From: an uncultured Mollicutes bacterium
GTDB lineage: Bacteria > Bacillota_I > Bacilli_A > RFN20 > CAG-826
Reading direction: 5' to 3'
Assembly (NCBI GenBank): GCA_945936135.1
Contig: CAMESG010000004.1
Location: forward strand, 50,520 to 114,519
DNA: 64,000 bases
Positions 38,913 through 48,487 of the stretch are shown in pieces. The notes beneath the pieces were generated by a model, which had not been told where the DNA came from, ran no database searches, and worked only from the letters and a program-made list of their open reading frames with translations. Each line of letters starts with the position of its first letter. The first letter of the stretch is position 1. The translations under genes and the position numbers were made by a program.

Positions 38913-40145
38913 ATGCTTAAATTAAAAACCAATGAAGAAATAGGTGCATATCTAAAGAAACTAATTCTAAAAAGATATAAAAATTGCAGGCAATTTTGCC
39001 TTGCCTATGCCGCGTTGAGTAATGTTCCGCCGGATCAACGAGACGGCGAGGTAAAACGACTCGCGAACAGAATGTCGCAGATCTCGAAGGGTAAGAAGGG
39101 CATTCAAATCTACGATTTCCCCATCTTCTCGGAACTTTTGGATGCATCTTGCGAGCAAATTCTTTCTGCAGGGGAACTTTGTTTTCCCCGCATGAATCGA
39201 AAAACCAACTACAGCATTGCCTCCTCAAACAACGAATCCGATTGGATCGAATATCTAGAACGAAAGGATTGCGCGGCTTCTTATCTCGACGAATTCGGCA
39301 AATCACTAATCGATTATGCAATCGAATTCAAAAACTATGCTTTGATTAAGTTTCTGACAGAAAAAGGATATATCACCTTCGTTGAAAATGACGCGGAGTA
39401 TCCAGACTTGAACTTCGGGGCGACCACTTCGCTGCAAACAAGGACTGAAGTCAAAACGTTAAAGGACGAACTTTTCGAAAACAAAACGCTTCGGACCAGC
39501 ATCATAACTCTAGCTCTGGAAAAGAACGACTGCAGCGTTTTGGAAAAAATGAAAGCAAGGGAATTCCCTCCTCAATCGTTCATGAATGGAAACACCAATC
39601 TAACGACCAAGATCGCTGATTACTACGATGAGCAATATCTTGAGACCATTTTGCACTCGAACGCCAACGTGATCCGTTATTTCTGCGAAGAGTATAAAGT
39701 GAAGCAATATTGGCAAGGCGATGAAGTTGTATGGATGTTTCCGTTCATGGGAACGCTTATCGCCAAAGCCGTGAAAGAGAACCACGAATATGCGGTCCCT
39801 TTGTTGGATGCGGCAATTAAGCACAACGAGGATTTTTTCAGAAAATTGAAAACGGCGGTACTTCACACAGCCCAACGCATTAAGAAAAACGAAAGACCGG
39901 GAACTGAATTCAAAGAAGTGATCATGGGCGTTCTTCATTACTATCGAGTTTCAAAGGAAAACGACTTTGTTTGCTTCTGGTATCCAGGGTTCGAGGAAAC
40001 CTCCAAAGCGATGACAAACGTCGTTATCGCGAAGGCTCAATCGGAAAACCCTGAAATCCAAAGGAAAATCGACAGTCTAAACGATTTGTATTCTCAATCA
40101 ATAAACCTTGAGGATTATTTGTTCAAAAAGACAACGGCTCGTTGA
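38913..40145 (+). CDS. protein with an N-terminal XRE-like HTH, ankyrin-like repeats and a C-terminal domain of unknown function
   Basis: AGGAA RBS; HTH-like NEEIGAYLKKLILKRYKNCRQFCLAYAAL; ankyrin-like GKSLIDYAIEFKNYALIKFLTEKG and TSIITLALEKNDCSVLEKM; GC below the window average. Confidence 0.6.
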   Translation: MLKLKTNEEIGAYLKKLILKRYKNCRQFCLAYAALSNVPPDQRDGEVKRLANRMSQISKGKKGIQIYDFPIFSELLDASCEQILSAGELCFPRMNRKTNYSIASSNNESDWIEYLERKDCAASYLDEFGKSLIDYAIEFKNYALIKFLTEKGYITFVENDAEYPDLNFGATTSLQTRTEVKTLKDELFENKTLRTSIITLALEKNDCSVLEKMKAREFPPQSFMNGNTNLTTKIADYYDEQYLETILHSNANVIRYFCEEYKVKQYWQGDEVVWMFPFMGTLIAKAVKENHEYAVPLLDAAIKHNEDFFRKLKTAVLHTAQRIKKNERPGTEFKEVIMGVLHYYRVSKENDFVCFWYPGFEETSKAMTNVVIAKAQSENPEIQRKIDSLNDLYSQSINLEDYLFKKTTAR

Positions 40146-40160
40146 AATACTAAGGAAGGA

Positions 40161-40481
40161 ATGAAGATGTCAAAATTCAAAATAGTCAAAGTCTGGGATG
40201 AGTTATATCCCAATGAAACCGAACTCTACGATTACGCAGGAAGGAAAATGAAAAAATCCGCTTGTGGTAATCTTCAAAGCTCATATTGTCCAACAATCGA
40301 TCACATCCGCCCTCTTTCCCAAGGCGGGAAAGATATTCTGGGAAATATTGTGATTTGCCACCGTGAAACCAACGCGGAAAAAGCGGATTCATTCCCTCAC
40401 TGGAAAGCAAATGGGAAAAGATTCAAGGCCATCCGCATCAAAGGGACCAAAGGCAAATACAAGATTGTCGAGGATGAATAA
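40161..40481 (+). CDS. small HNH endonuclease
   Basis: 106 aa; CGNLQSSYC...IDHIRPLSQGGKD...GNIVICHRETNAEK (Cys pair, DH, N and H of the HNH fold); 15 nt downstream of the preceding gene. Confidence 0.7.
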   Translation: MKMSKFKIVKVWDELYPNETELYDYAGRKMKKSACGNLQSSYCPTIDHIRPLSQGGKDILGNIVICHRETNAEKADSFPHWKANGKRFKAIRIKGTKGKYKIVEDE

Positions 40482-40530
40482 ACCGAAAAAACGCCCTTTC
40501 AAGATTTGACGGATTTCAATTCGTAAAAAA

Positions 40531-40564
40531 AGCCCTTCGAATCAATCGAATGATCCAAAGGGCT
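40531..40564 (-). terminator. rho-independent terminator of the minus-strand surface-protein operon
   Basis: Minus-strand RNA stem AGCCCUU...AAGGGCU followed by U7. Confidence 0.45.
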
Positions 40565-40575
40565 TTCGAAGGCGA

Positions 40576-42255
40576 TTACTTACGCGTCAAGCGGACGTTG
40601 TCGAGATAAGCGATGGTTTCGCCCACGCTTCCGCCCGGGAAGAATTGCAAGACATCGATTTGGCCAGCGAGTTCAAAATCCATATTGAAATGGTGCACAA
40701 CGCCCACTTCGAGATTTGGGAAAGCTGGATCTTTGAATCCTCCGTTCCAGAAGAACTTCAAATACATCGTGTCGGTAAACTTTTCAATGAGGTAATCGAA
40801 CTCCAAAGTATAGGTGCCCGCTTGCATAAGAGCTTTGTCAAAGGGAACCAAATAGACGCCGGCATAGCTCCCGTTCGAAACGATTTTGACAGAGCTTCCT
40901 TCGATTCCGTCCGAAACGACGCTGGAAGATGGAGCAGGCGCAGCATCGAGACGGAAGACTTCGTTCGCAGGATCCCCGAAGGTTTCTAACATCGTGTCGC
41001 CAGCATTTGACATGGAATACGGTTTCTCATTCGTTTCCTGCAAGACGTGAGAAACAGTGAAATTATCGATGGAAAGACTCGTTTTCCCTTGAGCCCCTCC
41101 CGGGAAGATTTGGAAAAGATCAGAAGCTTCGGTGGCCGTATACATCCAAGAGAAATGCTGCACGCTTCCAACCAAAGACGGTCCCCCGAACTGCGTGAAG
41201 TGATTCGTGGCGCCCGGGACTTGGAAATATAGCGTATCCACGAAATCATGAATCAAATAATCAAAGGAAATCGCATAGGTTGTCCCGACTTCCATCGCAA
41301 CGAATTGCTTTAGATAAACGCAATTAAAGGCGCCCGAGGATTCAACATAAAGATGGCCGGTGCCATCGATCGCTGTTCCTGCCTCGGTGGAGACTTTTGA
41401 ATTGGGGGTTTGAACATTGTCGTATGCGATCATCGGATCGTGTCGGAAATCGTCGAAAGTCGCGGTTTTGCTCTCGCCAACCTTCAAGGCTGTGGCGTCG
41501 GCAGGCTTAACGACATGATAAGTCAATTCCGTCGTCGCTCCAAAGAAGTTAATGGCTGCGCTCTTCGCGCCCGGAGACGAGGTATCCACGCCTTTCATCA
41601 ACGAAGCATCAAGGGCGAGATCCGCCGAGGTGCCATCTTTATAATTTACGCGCAAAACCGCGCCTTCCGTATTCAATTTCGCACCAACAAGGGTATCGTC
41701 AAGCGTTCCTTGGACAGCGATCGAATCGACGAGATTCGCAATGCAGGTGTATTGGATGGAATAGGCGCTGACCTTTGCTTCCGCACCTTCGTTGACGAGC
41801 ACGAGATAGGCATAAGGTAATGAAGCTTCATAGCTTCCGCTCCCGTTGAACGTGTGGAGCTTTTGATCCAACGAAGTTCCGTCCTTCGAACCGTAGAGGG
41901 CGAGTTTCGCTTCTCCATCGGCTTCGACGTTCACGCGACGGATGCCCGTGACTTCGCCAAGGTTCGCGATTCTGCCTTCGCCGTTGCCCTTCAACACCGC
42001 AACGCCGTCAGACGATGCTTTCGCTTGAGTGAAAGCGAAGGAGGTGTAACGGGAAGCCGCGGTAACGCTGTCTTGATAATCCGTATCAAGAATCGGGCGG
42101 TTCGTTTGGTCAAACGAGATTTCGTAGTTACCCGTCACGCCATAGAAATTTTGAACCGGTGCTTTCCAGTTCGGGCTCATAGCCATGGCAACGCCGCCAA
42201 TCATCATCGTGGCAAGAGCGCCTGCGCCAAGAACCAATTTTGTCTTCTTGTTCAT
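40576..42255 (-). CDS. secreted or surface protein with two copies of a ~100-aa carbohydrate-binding-module-like domain
   Basis: Signal peptide; repeated motif GTGHLYVESSGAF...IFPGGAQG...; paralogous to the next gene. Confidence 0.6.
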   Translation of the reverse strand: MNKKTKLVLGAGALATMMIGGVAMAMSPNWKAPVQNFYGVTGNYEISFDQTNRPILDTDYQDSVTAASRYTSFAFTQAKASSDGVAVLKGNGEGRIANLGEVTGIRRVNVEADGEAKLALYGSKDGTSLDQKLHTFNGSGSYEASLPYAYLVLVNEGAEAKVSAYSIQYTCIANLVDSIAVQGTLDDTLVGAKLNTEGAVLRVNYKDGTSADLALDASLMKGVDTSSPGAKSAAINFFGATTELTYHVVKPADATALKVGESKTATFDDFRHDPMIAYDNVQTPNSKVSTEAGTAIDGTGHLYVESSGAFNCVYLKQFVAMEVGTTYAISFDYLIHDFVDTLYFQVPGATNHFTQFGGPSLVGSVQHFSWMYTATEASDLFQIFPGGAQGKTSLSIDNFTVSHVLQETNEKPYSMSNAGDTMLETFGDPANEVFRLDAAPAPSSSVVSDGIEGSSVKIVSNGSYAGVYLVPFDKALMQAGTYTLEFDYLIEKFTDTMYLKFFWNGGFKDPAFPNLEVGVVHHFNMDFELAGQIDVLQFFPGGSVGETIAYLDNVRLTRK

Positions 42256-42291
42256 GTCATTTTTCCTTTCTTAAAGTTTATTTTTAGACGC

Positions 42292-44301
42292 TTAAGCAGA
42301 GCGTCGAATGACTAAATCGTCGAGGATGAAGCTCGTCGTCCCGCTCGCTCCTCCGGGGAAGATCTGGATCAAGCATCCCGCGGAGGTATTGAGGGTGAAT
42401 TCGTGATCAAAGGTTTTGACTTGTCCGATCTCGGAAGGTGAGCCAAATTGCTCGAAGACCGAAGGGGAACCGAAGAATTGGAAGTAGATCGTGTCAACGA
42501 AGGTCAAGACCTTGTAAGAGAAGGTCACGTGATAGGTCGCTCCCTTCACGTATTCGATCCCCTTATGGATCATGAGCGTTTTGTAGCTGCCCGCGGATTC
42601 AACGTAAAGGTAGCCCGTTCCGTTGATCCCGTCGTCTCCTTGCTTCACGCCGCTATTGGGCGTTTGGGCGTTATCGATCCCAAGTTTCATCGCATTCGGC
42701 GAATCGAAGGTTTCGTGGATTTCATCGCCCACTTCGAGCAAGACGTTCTTAATTTCCGCGGTCGTGCCTTCTTGGCGTTCGATCTTGAGGTTATCCAAGA
42801 CCATGTCGTAACCCGTTTGGGCCGGGAAGAGCATGAGTGCGTAATCATCAACCCCATCAAGGCGGAAAATGTATTCGAAGCGATAGTCTTCTCCAACCTT
42901 GACTTGGCTTAGGTCGATCGGCGAGAACTTGTCGTGGTTATACCCTCCATTCAAGGAACGAAGCTGGACATAGCAGGTCTCGCCCTTGCTGAAGAATCGA
43001 TAATCGAACGAAAGCTTGTAGATTCCATTCGAAGCGAAGCGGATGCCCGAGAAGTAAGTCGCGTTATAGGAACCGGGTGACTTCAAGCGGAGCGAAGAAG
43101 AGCCAGAGAGCACATCTTCCGCTTTCTGAGTGATGTAGGCTTCCGATCCTTGCTGCGGCGCGAAGTAGAGATCGCCACGCGCATCGCCTTGGGGTTCGAA
43201 GTCCTCGGTGAAGGATTCGCCATAATCAAGGGTGATTCTCCGACCCGTGTCGATGCCGATGCCGCCAATCGGATTGGAGGTATAGACGATCGTTGGAAGG
43301 CCGATCGCTTCTTCTCCTAGCGATTTGCTATACGCCGTGACGGAGATACCGACGTACCATCCGTTCAAGTCCTCGGTGATTTCCAAGGAATTGCTCGTTT
43401 CATTGAGGTGCGTTTGGTTCAAGCCATCTTTATCCAAAGCCGCGATCCAGGAATATTCGATGTGGTCGAGTTCATCCCCTTCCGCATCGTAATAGCCGTG
43501 TTCGAAGGAAAGCGTCTTGCCAACTTCCGCTTCACCCGTAAGGCGAAGGTTCGTCACGGTCGGGCGGGAGTTGTTGCGCGTGATCGAAATGTTGTCGATC
43601 GCCATGCTCGCGGCGCTCGTGCTCGGGAAGAGCATGATGCGGTAATCAGAGAAATTCGATAGGTTGATATCGAAAGTCTTATGCATCTTCGCCCCATTGC
43701 CACCATCGAATTGGGCAAAGACATCGCTCGCCGTGCCACCTGTTAAGGAACGGAACTGGAAGTAGAACGTCTGAGGGACATCGATGCAGCGGTAATCCAA
43801 CGAAATCGTGTAGCGTCCAGAGGCTGCGAAGTTCATGCCGCCGAAGGTCACCCCGGCGTAATTGCCTTCGCTATGGATGATCAACGTGTTGTTATCGATC
43901 CCGAATTCGTGATCATTCGCGACTTCGTAACTTGCACCGCTATCCGCGGAAACCGGGCAGATTTTCGTGTGAATTGCGTCCTTTTCGAAATCTTCGACGT
44001 AGGTTTCACCAGAGTTTAGAACCCTCTTCTTTTCCAAAAGAAGATCGTAGAGAGGATCATCCGGCGTACGATTCTCGTTCGTTCCTTCAAGCTTTGTTCC
44101 TTGACCATTCGGGTCGTTATTGAGGTCGCGGATGATCGAGGCTTCGTCAAGACTAGAAGAGGACGAAGAGGAACTCGCTTCTTGGCTCATCGAGCTAGAA
44201 GACGAGGAAGAAGATGAAGAGGGGGAGTCTTGGTCTTCTCCGCAGGAGCATAAAGCCAACGCGGAGAAGGCGAGAAGGAGGATGGGCTTAAGTTTATTCA
44301 T
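42292..44301 (-). CDS. surface lipoprotein with a poly-Ser linker and two to three copies of the same CBM-like domain
   Basis: Lipobox LALCSCG; S-rich linker; repeated GTGYLYVESAGSY...IFPGGASG motif. Confidence 0.6.
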   Translation of the reverse strand: MNKLKPILLLAFSALALCSCGEDQDSPSSSSSSSSSSMSQEASSSSSSSSLDEASIIRDLNNDPNGQGTKLEGTNENRTPDDPLYDLLLEKKRVLNSGETYVEDFEKDAIHTKICPVSADSGASYEVANDHEFGIDNNTLIIHSEGNYAGVTFGGMNFAASGRYTISLDYRCIDVPQTFYFQFRSLTGGTASDVFAQFDGGNGAKMHKTFDINLSNFSDYRIMLFPSTSAASMAIDNISITRNNSRPTVTNLRLTGEAEVGKTLSFEHGYYDAEGDELDHIEYSWIAALDKDGLNQTHLNETSNSLEITEDLNGWYVGISVTAYSKSLGEEAIGLPTIVYTSNPIGGIGIDTGRRITLDYGESFTEDFEPQGDARGDLYFAPQQGSEAYITQKAEDVLSGSSSLRLKSPGSYNATYFSGIRFASNGIYKLSFDYRFFSKGETCYVQLRSLNGGYNHDKFSPIDLSQVKVGEDYRFEYIFRLDGVDDYALMLFPAQTGYDMVLDNLKIERQEGTTAEIKNVLLEVGDEIHETFDSPNAMKLGIDNAQTPNSGVKQGDDGINGTGYLYVESAGSYKTLMIHKGIEYVKGATYHVTFSYKVLTFVDTIYFQFFGSPSVFEQFGSPSEIGQVKTFDHEFTLNTSAGCLIQIFPGGASGTTSFILDDLVIRRSA

Positions 44302-46915
44302 GGTCCGCTCCTCCCACTTTGAAACGGCTCATCTTGGCTGGAACGTATTTGTTGTACTCAACGGGGTTCAAGCAGGTCGCGCTTTGGACGCGGATATGCT
44401 GACGGTCGAGGTCGTTGAAGTTGACGGTCAAGGCGAATTCTTCGCCCGCGTCGATCTTGGCTTTAACACCAGGGATGACCTCGAAGGGGATGTAAGCCTT
44501 GCCGACGTAGCCATTGCTCGCGCTATTCTCAACGAAAGACATCTTGATTTGGTCCTTCTTCTCCATGATCTTTTCCGAGGTGCGGAGCGAGATCACTTGG
44601 TTCCCGGATTCTTGGTGGCCGGAAAGGAAGAGCTGCAAGCAGGAATCGTCGGACATCTTCAAAACGTTCAAGGGGTCTTCGCTTTCCGTATCCGCGGAAA
44701 GGAAGATTTCGACGCCGTCGCCTTCCCAATAATTGGAGCCGCTATACATGAGGTCGTCGTCATGGACCTTGAAGCCAATGTAGAGGCCATCGTCCGAATA
44801 GGCGACTTTAAGCCCTTCAACGTCAAACGATTCGGGATCCGGCGTCACTTCGTTAAGGTCAACGTCCGCACATCCTTTGATGGCGACATCGCCTCCAATG
44901 GCAGCCCAATCATCAAAGCCCAAACCATCCGTGGAGAGTTTGCCTGCAACCTTCGGAAGATCGAAGACCACAGTCGAGGTCGTTGTGGAGATATCGTCTT
45001 TGGAGAAGCCTTTGTTGTTCAAACATTCGACCAAGGAAGAGTTGATGCTCGGGCCGACGCGGATCGCCTTGTAGGTCAAGGACGAAGGAGGGACAACGGA
45101 GTTTCCGATGAGGGAAATGTTGTCAGAATAGGCAACGTAGATCCCGGACTCAAAGGTCGGATTCAGTGGCAAAAGCCCGTTATTCGCAATCAAATTGTGC
45201 GAAATCGACAGACCCGAAACGGAGTTTGCGTAGACCGCGGCATTCGCCCCGGAGCCAAAGAAATTGTTCTCGATCGAGACGTTCTTGACGGAGCCGATAG
45301 CGCCGAGATTGTAGCCTTTGCCAAACGGGGTGATCGAAATATCGCCGCCCGTGTTGCCGATTGCGTAGTTGCAGCGGAGGAACTTGTTATTTTTGATCGT
45401 CACATCTTCCGCGGGCAAGGATTCGTACCAATCGTTGGCGTCGGCGGTCAAAAGGACGCCGCCATCGCTAAGGTTCGCGAAGGTGTTGTTCGCGATAAGG
45501 GCATGACGGGTTTGGACCAAGACGCCGCGGCAACGCTTGTTGCGGGCGATGTTGTTCGTGAATTCAAGTCTCGGAGTCCGCGTGATGTTGCCGATCACTT
45601 GTCCCGAGGCAACCTTTGGATCGACTCCTTCTTCAAAGGTGAAGACGAAGCCGCCGGAAGGATGATCTTTGACCGTTTTGACGGTAACCGCGGAAACGAG
45701 GCCGAGGTCCAAGGAGGACAGGATTTCCAATTTGTCCCCGACGGAGGGTTTGAAGTTGTAGCCTCTTGGGTTCACCGCCAAGACCTTGTCGCCTTCGACG
45801 GATTGGACTTCAAGGAAGGCACCGTGGACGTTCACCGCGTCATCGCCGCAGTTCTCAAAGAGGGAATTTGTGATCTTAAGATCGCCCAAGCAATCCATGA
45901 AGTGAAGGGCGTCCGCCGTGACGGTCATCAAGCGACCGCTATTCGGCTTGATTTTCGTGTTGAAGCGGTTGAAATAAAGATTCTCGGAGCTATGGACGCG
46001 AGCGGCCATGCCAGGAGCGCTATAGATGTTCACCGTTTCGAAGTGGACATCTTTTGAACGATCGATAAAGATCGCATCGTATTCATAAAGGTAATGGCGA
46101 AGGATGACCAAGGTTCCTTTCGGTGGGATCGAATAGGTGCCATCGAAGGTGATCGAGAGGACGTTATCGCCAAGATAGTTCGTCGAAAGGACGTTCCCGT
46201 AGATGTCGTTGCCTCTCGTTCTTGGGGCGAAAGACATCGGAGAATATTCAAGGAATGCCGAGATTCTCGTTGATCCATCGACGGAATAGCCATCGTTCAC
46301 CTGGACTTTGAAAGTCGTGCCGTCGCTTTCAAGGATCGTGCCGATCGAGAAGGGAGGAATGCCGTAATCGAGGTTCACGTTCTCGAAGTAGACGTTCTCG
46401 CATTCTTCGATCTTTATGCCCGCGGTCTCGCCATGGAAATAAAGGGTCGTGTTTTGCCCAGAGAAAACGACGTTCTTCAAGCCTTTGAGCATCAACCCGA
46501 ATTCGAGGTTCAAGGGGTTCGTCGATTCGATAAAGTCAAGTTCGCCTTTCGGGAGGATGACTTTGGTCATCGCCCCGTTCTGCTTCTTCACTTCTTCCAA
46601 GACCTTGTTCCACGCATCAACGTCGTTCTTCTTGTCTTTGCCGTTGAGTCCGAAGTCTGCGCCATTGATTTCGTGAGCGATCGTCAAGGATTCCGAGCCA
46701 TACTTACGTTCGTTCTCATAGGCTTCTTTATGCACGCCAACATCGCCATAATCCAAAAGGCCCGGGCCTTCGTTGATGTCGCGGGTTTCAAGGGCGAATT
46801 CATCCCTCTCCATATCTTTGTAGAAACGGTTGTCCATCTGATTTGCATCCTTTCCGCAGGAAACGAGGGCGAAGCTCGTCATCAGCAAGCCCAATATTCT
46901 TTTCTTGTGTTTCAT
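44294..46915 (-). CDS. right-handed beta-helix (pectate-lyase-fold) surface lipoprotein with a C-terminal CBM-like domain
   Basis: Start taken at ATG 46915 (MKHKKRILG...LVSCGKD lipobox); repeated NN..N beta-helix turns (NNKFLRCNYAIGNTGGD, NNFFGSGANAAV, NNGLLPLN). Confidence 0.6.
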   Translation of the reverse strand: MKHKKRILGLLMTSFALVSCGKDANQMDNRFYKDMERDEFALETRDINEGPGLLDYGDVGVHKEAYENERKYGSESLTIAHEINGADFGLNGKDKKNDVDAWNKVLEEVKKQNGAMTKVILPKGELDFIESTNPLNLEFGLMLKGLKNVVFSGQNTTLYFHGETAGIKIEECENVYFENVNLDYGIPPFSIGTILESDGTTFKVQVNDGYSVDGSTRISAFLEYSPMSFAPRTRGNDIYGNVLSTNYLGDNVLSITFDGTYSIPPKGTLVILRHYLYEYDAIFIDRSKDVHFETVNIYSAPGMAARVHSSENLYFNRFNTKIKPNSGRLMTVTADALHFMDCLGDLKITNSLFENCGDDAVNVHGAFLEVQSVEGDKVLAVNPRGYNFKPSVGDKLEILSSLDLGLVSAVTVKTVKDHPSGGFVFTFEEGVDPKVASGQVIGNITRTPRLEFTNNIARNKRCRGVLVQTRHALIANNTFANLSDGGVLLTADANDWYESLPAEDVTIKNNKFLRCNYAIGNTGGDISITPFGKGYNLGAIGSVKNVSIENNFFGSGANAAVYANSVSGLSISHNLIANNGLLPLNPTFESGIYVAYSDNISLIGNSVVPPSSLTYKAIRVGPSINSSLVECLNNKGFSKDDISTTTSTVVFDLPKVAGKLSTDGLGFDDWAAIGGDVAIKGCADVDLNEVTPDPESFDVEGLKVAYSDDGLYIGFKVHDDDLMYSGSNYWEGDGVEIFLSADTESEDPLNVLKMSDDSCLQLFLSGHQESGNQVISLRTSEKIMEKKDQIKMSFVENSASNGYVGKAYIPFEVIPGVKAKIDAGEEFALTVNFNDLDRQHIRVQSATCLNPVEYNKYVPAKMSRFKVGGADHE

Positions 46916-48483
46916 TTCACCCTCCGATCGTAGGCGGCCTGAGTAATCTCTTTGAGTTTCGAGACTTTGATCTTCTCGAGGCTCGAAAGGTGCTCGGCCC
47001 AAGTTTCGTCGTCCAATTCGACCTTGCCCGTGATAACCTTCTGTTCGAAGACGGAAGCGTAGATCTCAAGGTCAGTTTCGATGATCGCCTTGCCGTTTCT
47101 TTCTTCGTTGGTGAAAACCAGTTCGGGCATAGGGATTTTCAAGCAATCCATGTAACCGGCATCTTCGACGTTTTTGTTGATTCTGCCGGTGTATTCGTTA
47201 TCTTCCTTCAAAACGAAGTCCTTGCTCCAATAGCCGACTTGCCCAAGGCCAACCCCCGGGGTAAGGGTGCCGCGGAACTCTTCGATCGACATGTTGTCCG
47301 GGACATTGAAGGTGAAGGAAGTTTTCGCTTCGTCTTTCCAGGTGAAGTCGATGCCTTCTTCGCCGAAGGCTTGGAGTTGAATGCCTTCTTGCGAATAGAG
47401 GAAGTCCATCCAACGGACGATTTCGCGATGATACGGCGAAGACTTCGGAACAAGGATGGCGCTTGGAGAAACGGTTGAGTTGAAACCAAGCCACATCTTC
47501 TTTTGGTTCATCGAACTCGTCAAAGGAGGCAGAGCGACGTAATCCGCGTCATTGGCCATTCCGGCGACGAGGTAGGCGGCCGCTCCGTCAAAGGAACCAA
47601 GGAGGTCGCCTTTCGCCGAGAGACCCGCGTCGTCAATCAAGAAGGTCGAGTTGTCCAATAGCCCGTCTTTGTAAAGCTTCGCTGCGTATTCAAGGTAGGC
47701 GCGATAGTTGTCCGTTTCCGGAACATAGACGACTTTCCCTGCACCATTAACTTCCAAACCTGTCGAGACAAAGCCAAAGGCGGACATCAAGAAGTTGCGC
47801 GTTTGGTTGAGCTTTGCGCTGGAAAGCGGTACTTCGTCCGGTATTCCGTTCCCGTTTGGATCGTTTTCCTTAAAAGCTTTCAAGACCTTAGCGTATTCTT
47901 CAACGGTCGTTGGCATCGACAAGCCGAGGTTATCGAGCCACTTCTTGTTGATGAATTGCTTGAAGGTCTGATCGCGCGGAACATCGTTGATGCTCAAGAA
48001 GGAATAGATCTTGTCATCGAAGCGTTGGAGTTCGTCATACCCTTCGTGGGCAGCGACTACCGCGTTATAGTTCGGGGCGTACTTCTCGATGTCTTCGGTG
48101 AGATCGTGAACCAGGCCGCGTTCTCCGTAATAGGAGACTTCCTGGATCGGGTTCCAGAGGAAGAAGGCGTCGGGTTTGTTCTTGCTTTCCCATTGGGCGC
48201 TGCGAAGCTCATCGTAACTGGAGATCGAGCCATACTGCCAATTGATGTGGATGTTGGTCTTCTCTTCCATTTTCTTGAAGAGTTTCATCTCGTTCCAGCC
48301 ATCCTTGTGATGGAGAGGATGAAGCGGCGCAAAGAAGGTCAAATTGATTTTCTCTTTGACGATCTGATCGCCGGTTTCGAGGAAGTTGTTCGGATCGTAA
48401 GCTGCGCCATTGTTCCCTCCACAGGAAGCAAGGTTTGCCACCGTGAGGAGGCTAAGCAAGACAAGGCGTTTCGAATTCTGCAT
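46912..48483 (-). CDS. extracellular solute-binding lipoprotein of a CUT1-type sugar ABC importer
   Basis: Lipobox LASCGG; 523 aa; family-1 SBP pattern. Confidence 0.8.
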   Translation of the reverse strand: MQNSKRLVLLSLLTVANLASCGGNNGAAYDPNNFLETGDQIVKEKINLTFFAPLHPLHHKDGWNEMKLFKKMEEKTNIHINWQYGSISSYDELRSAQWESKNKPDAFFLWNPIQEVSYYGERGLVHDLTEDIEKYAPNYNAVVAAHEGYDELQRFDDKIYSFLSINDVPRDQTFKQFINKKWLDNLGLSMPTTVEEYAKVLKAFKENDPNGNGIPDEVPLSSAKLNQTRNFLMSAFGFVSTGLEVNGAGKVVYVPETDNYRAYLEYAAKLYKDGLLDNSTFLIDDAGLSAKGDLLGSFDGAAAYLVAGMANDADYVALPPLTSSMNQKKMWLGFNSTVSPSAILVPKSSPYHREIVRWMDFLYSQEGIQLQAFGEEGIDFTWKDEAKTSFTFNVPDNMSIEEFRGTLTPGVGLGQVGYWSKDFVLKEDNEYTGRINKNVEDAGYMDCLKIPMPELVFTNEERNGKAIIETDLEIYASVFEQKVITGKVELDDETWAEHLSSLEKIKVSKLKEITQAAYDRRVK

Positions 48484-48487
48484 AGGT

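Noticed and set aside
37803-40575. Searched for a direct repeat of the tRNA-Ser 3' end (att-like) bounding the islet
   Set aside because: Only the short TTCGAATC inside the 40.55 kb terminator hairpin resembles the T-loop. No convincing repeat and no integrase are present, so I do not call this a defined integrative element.
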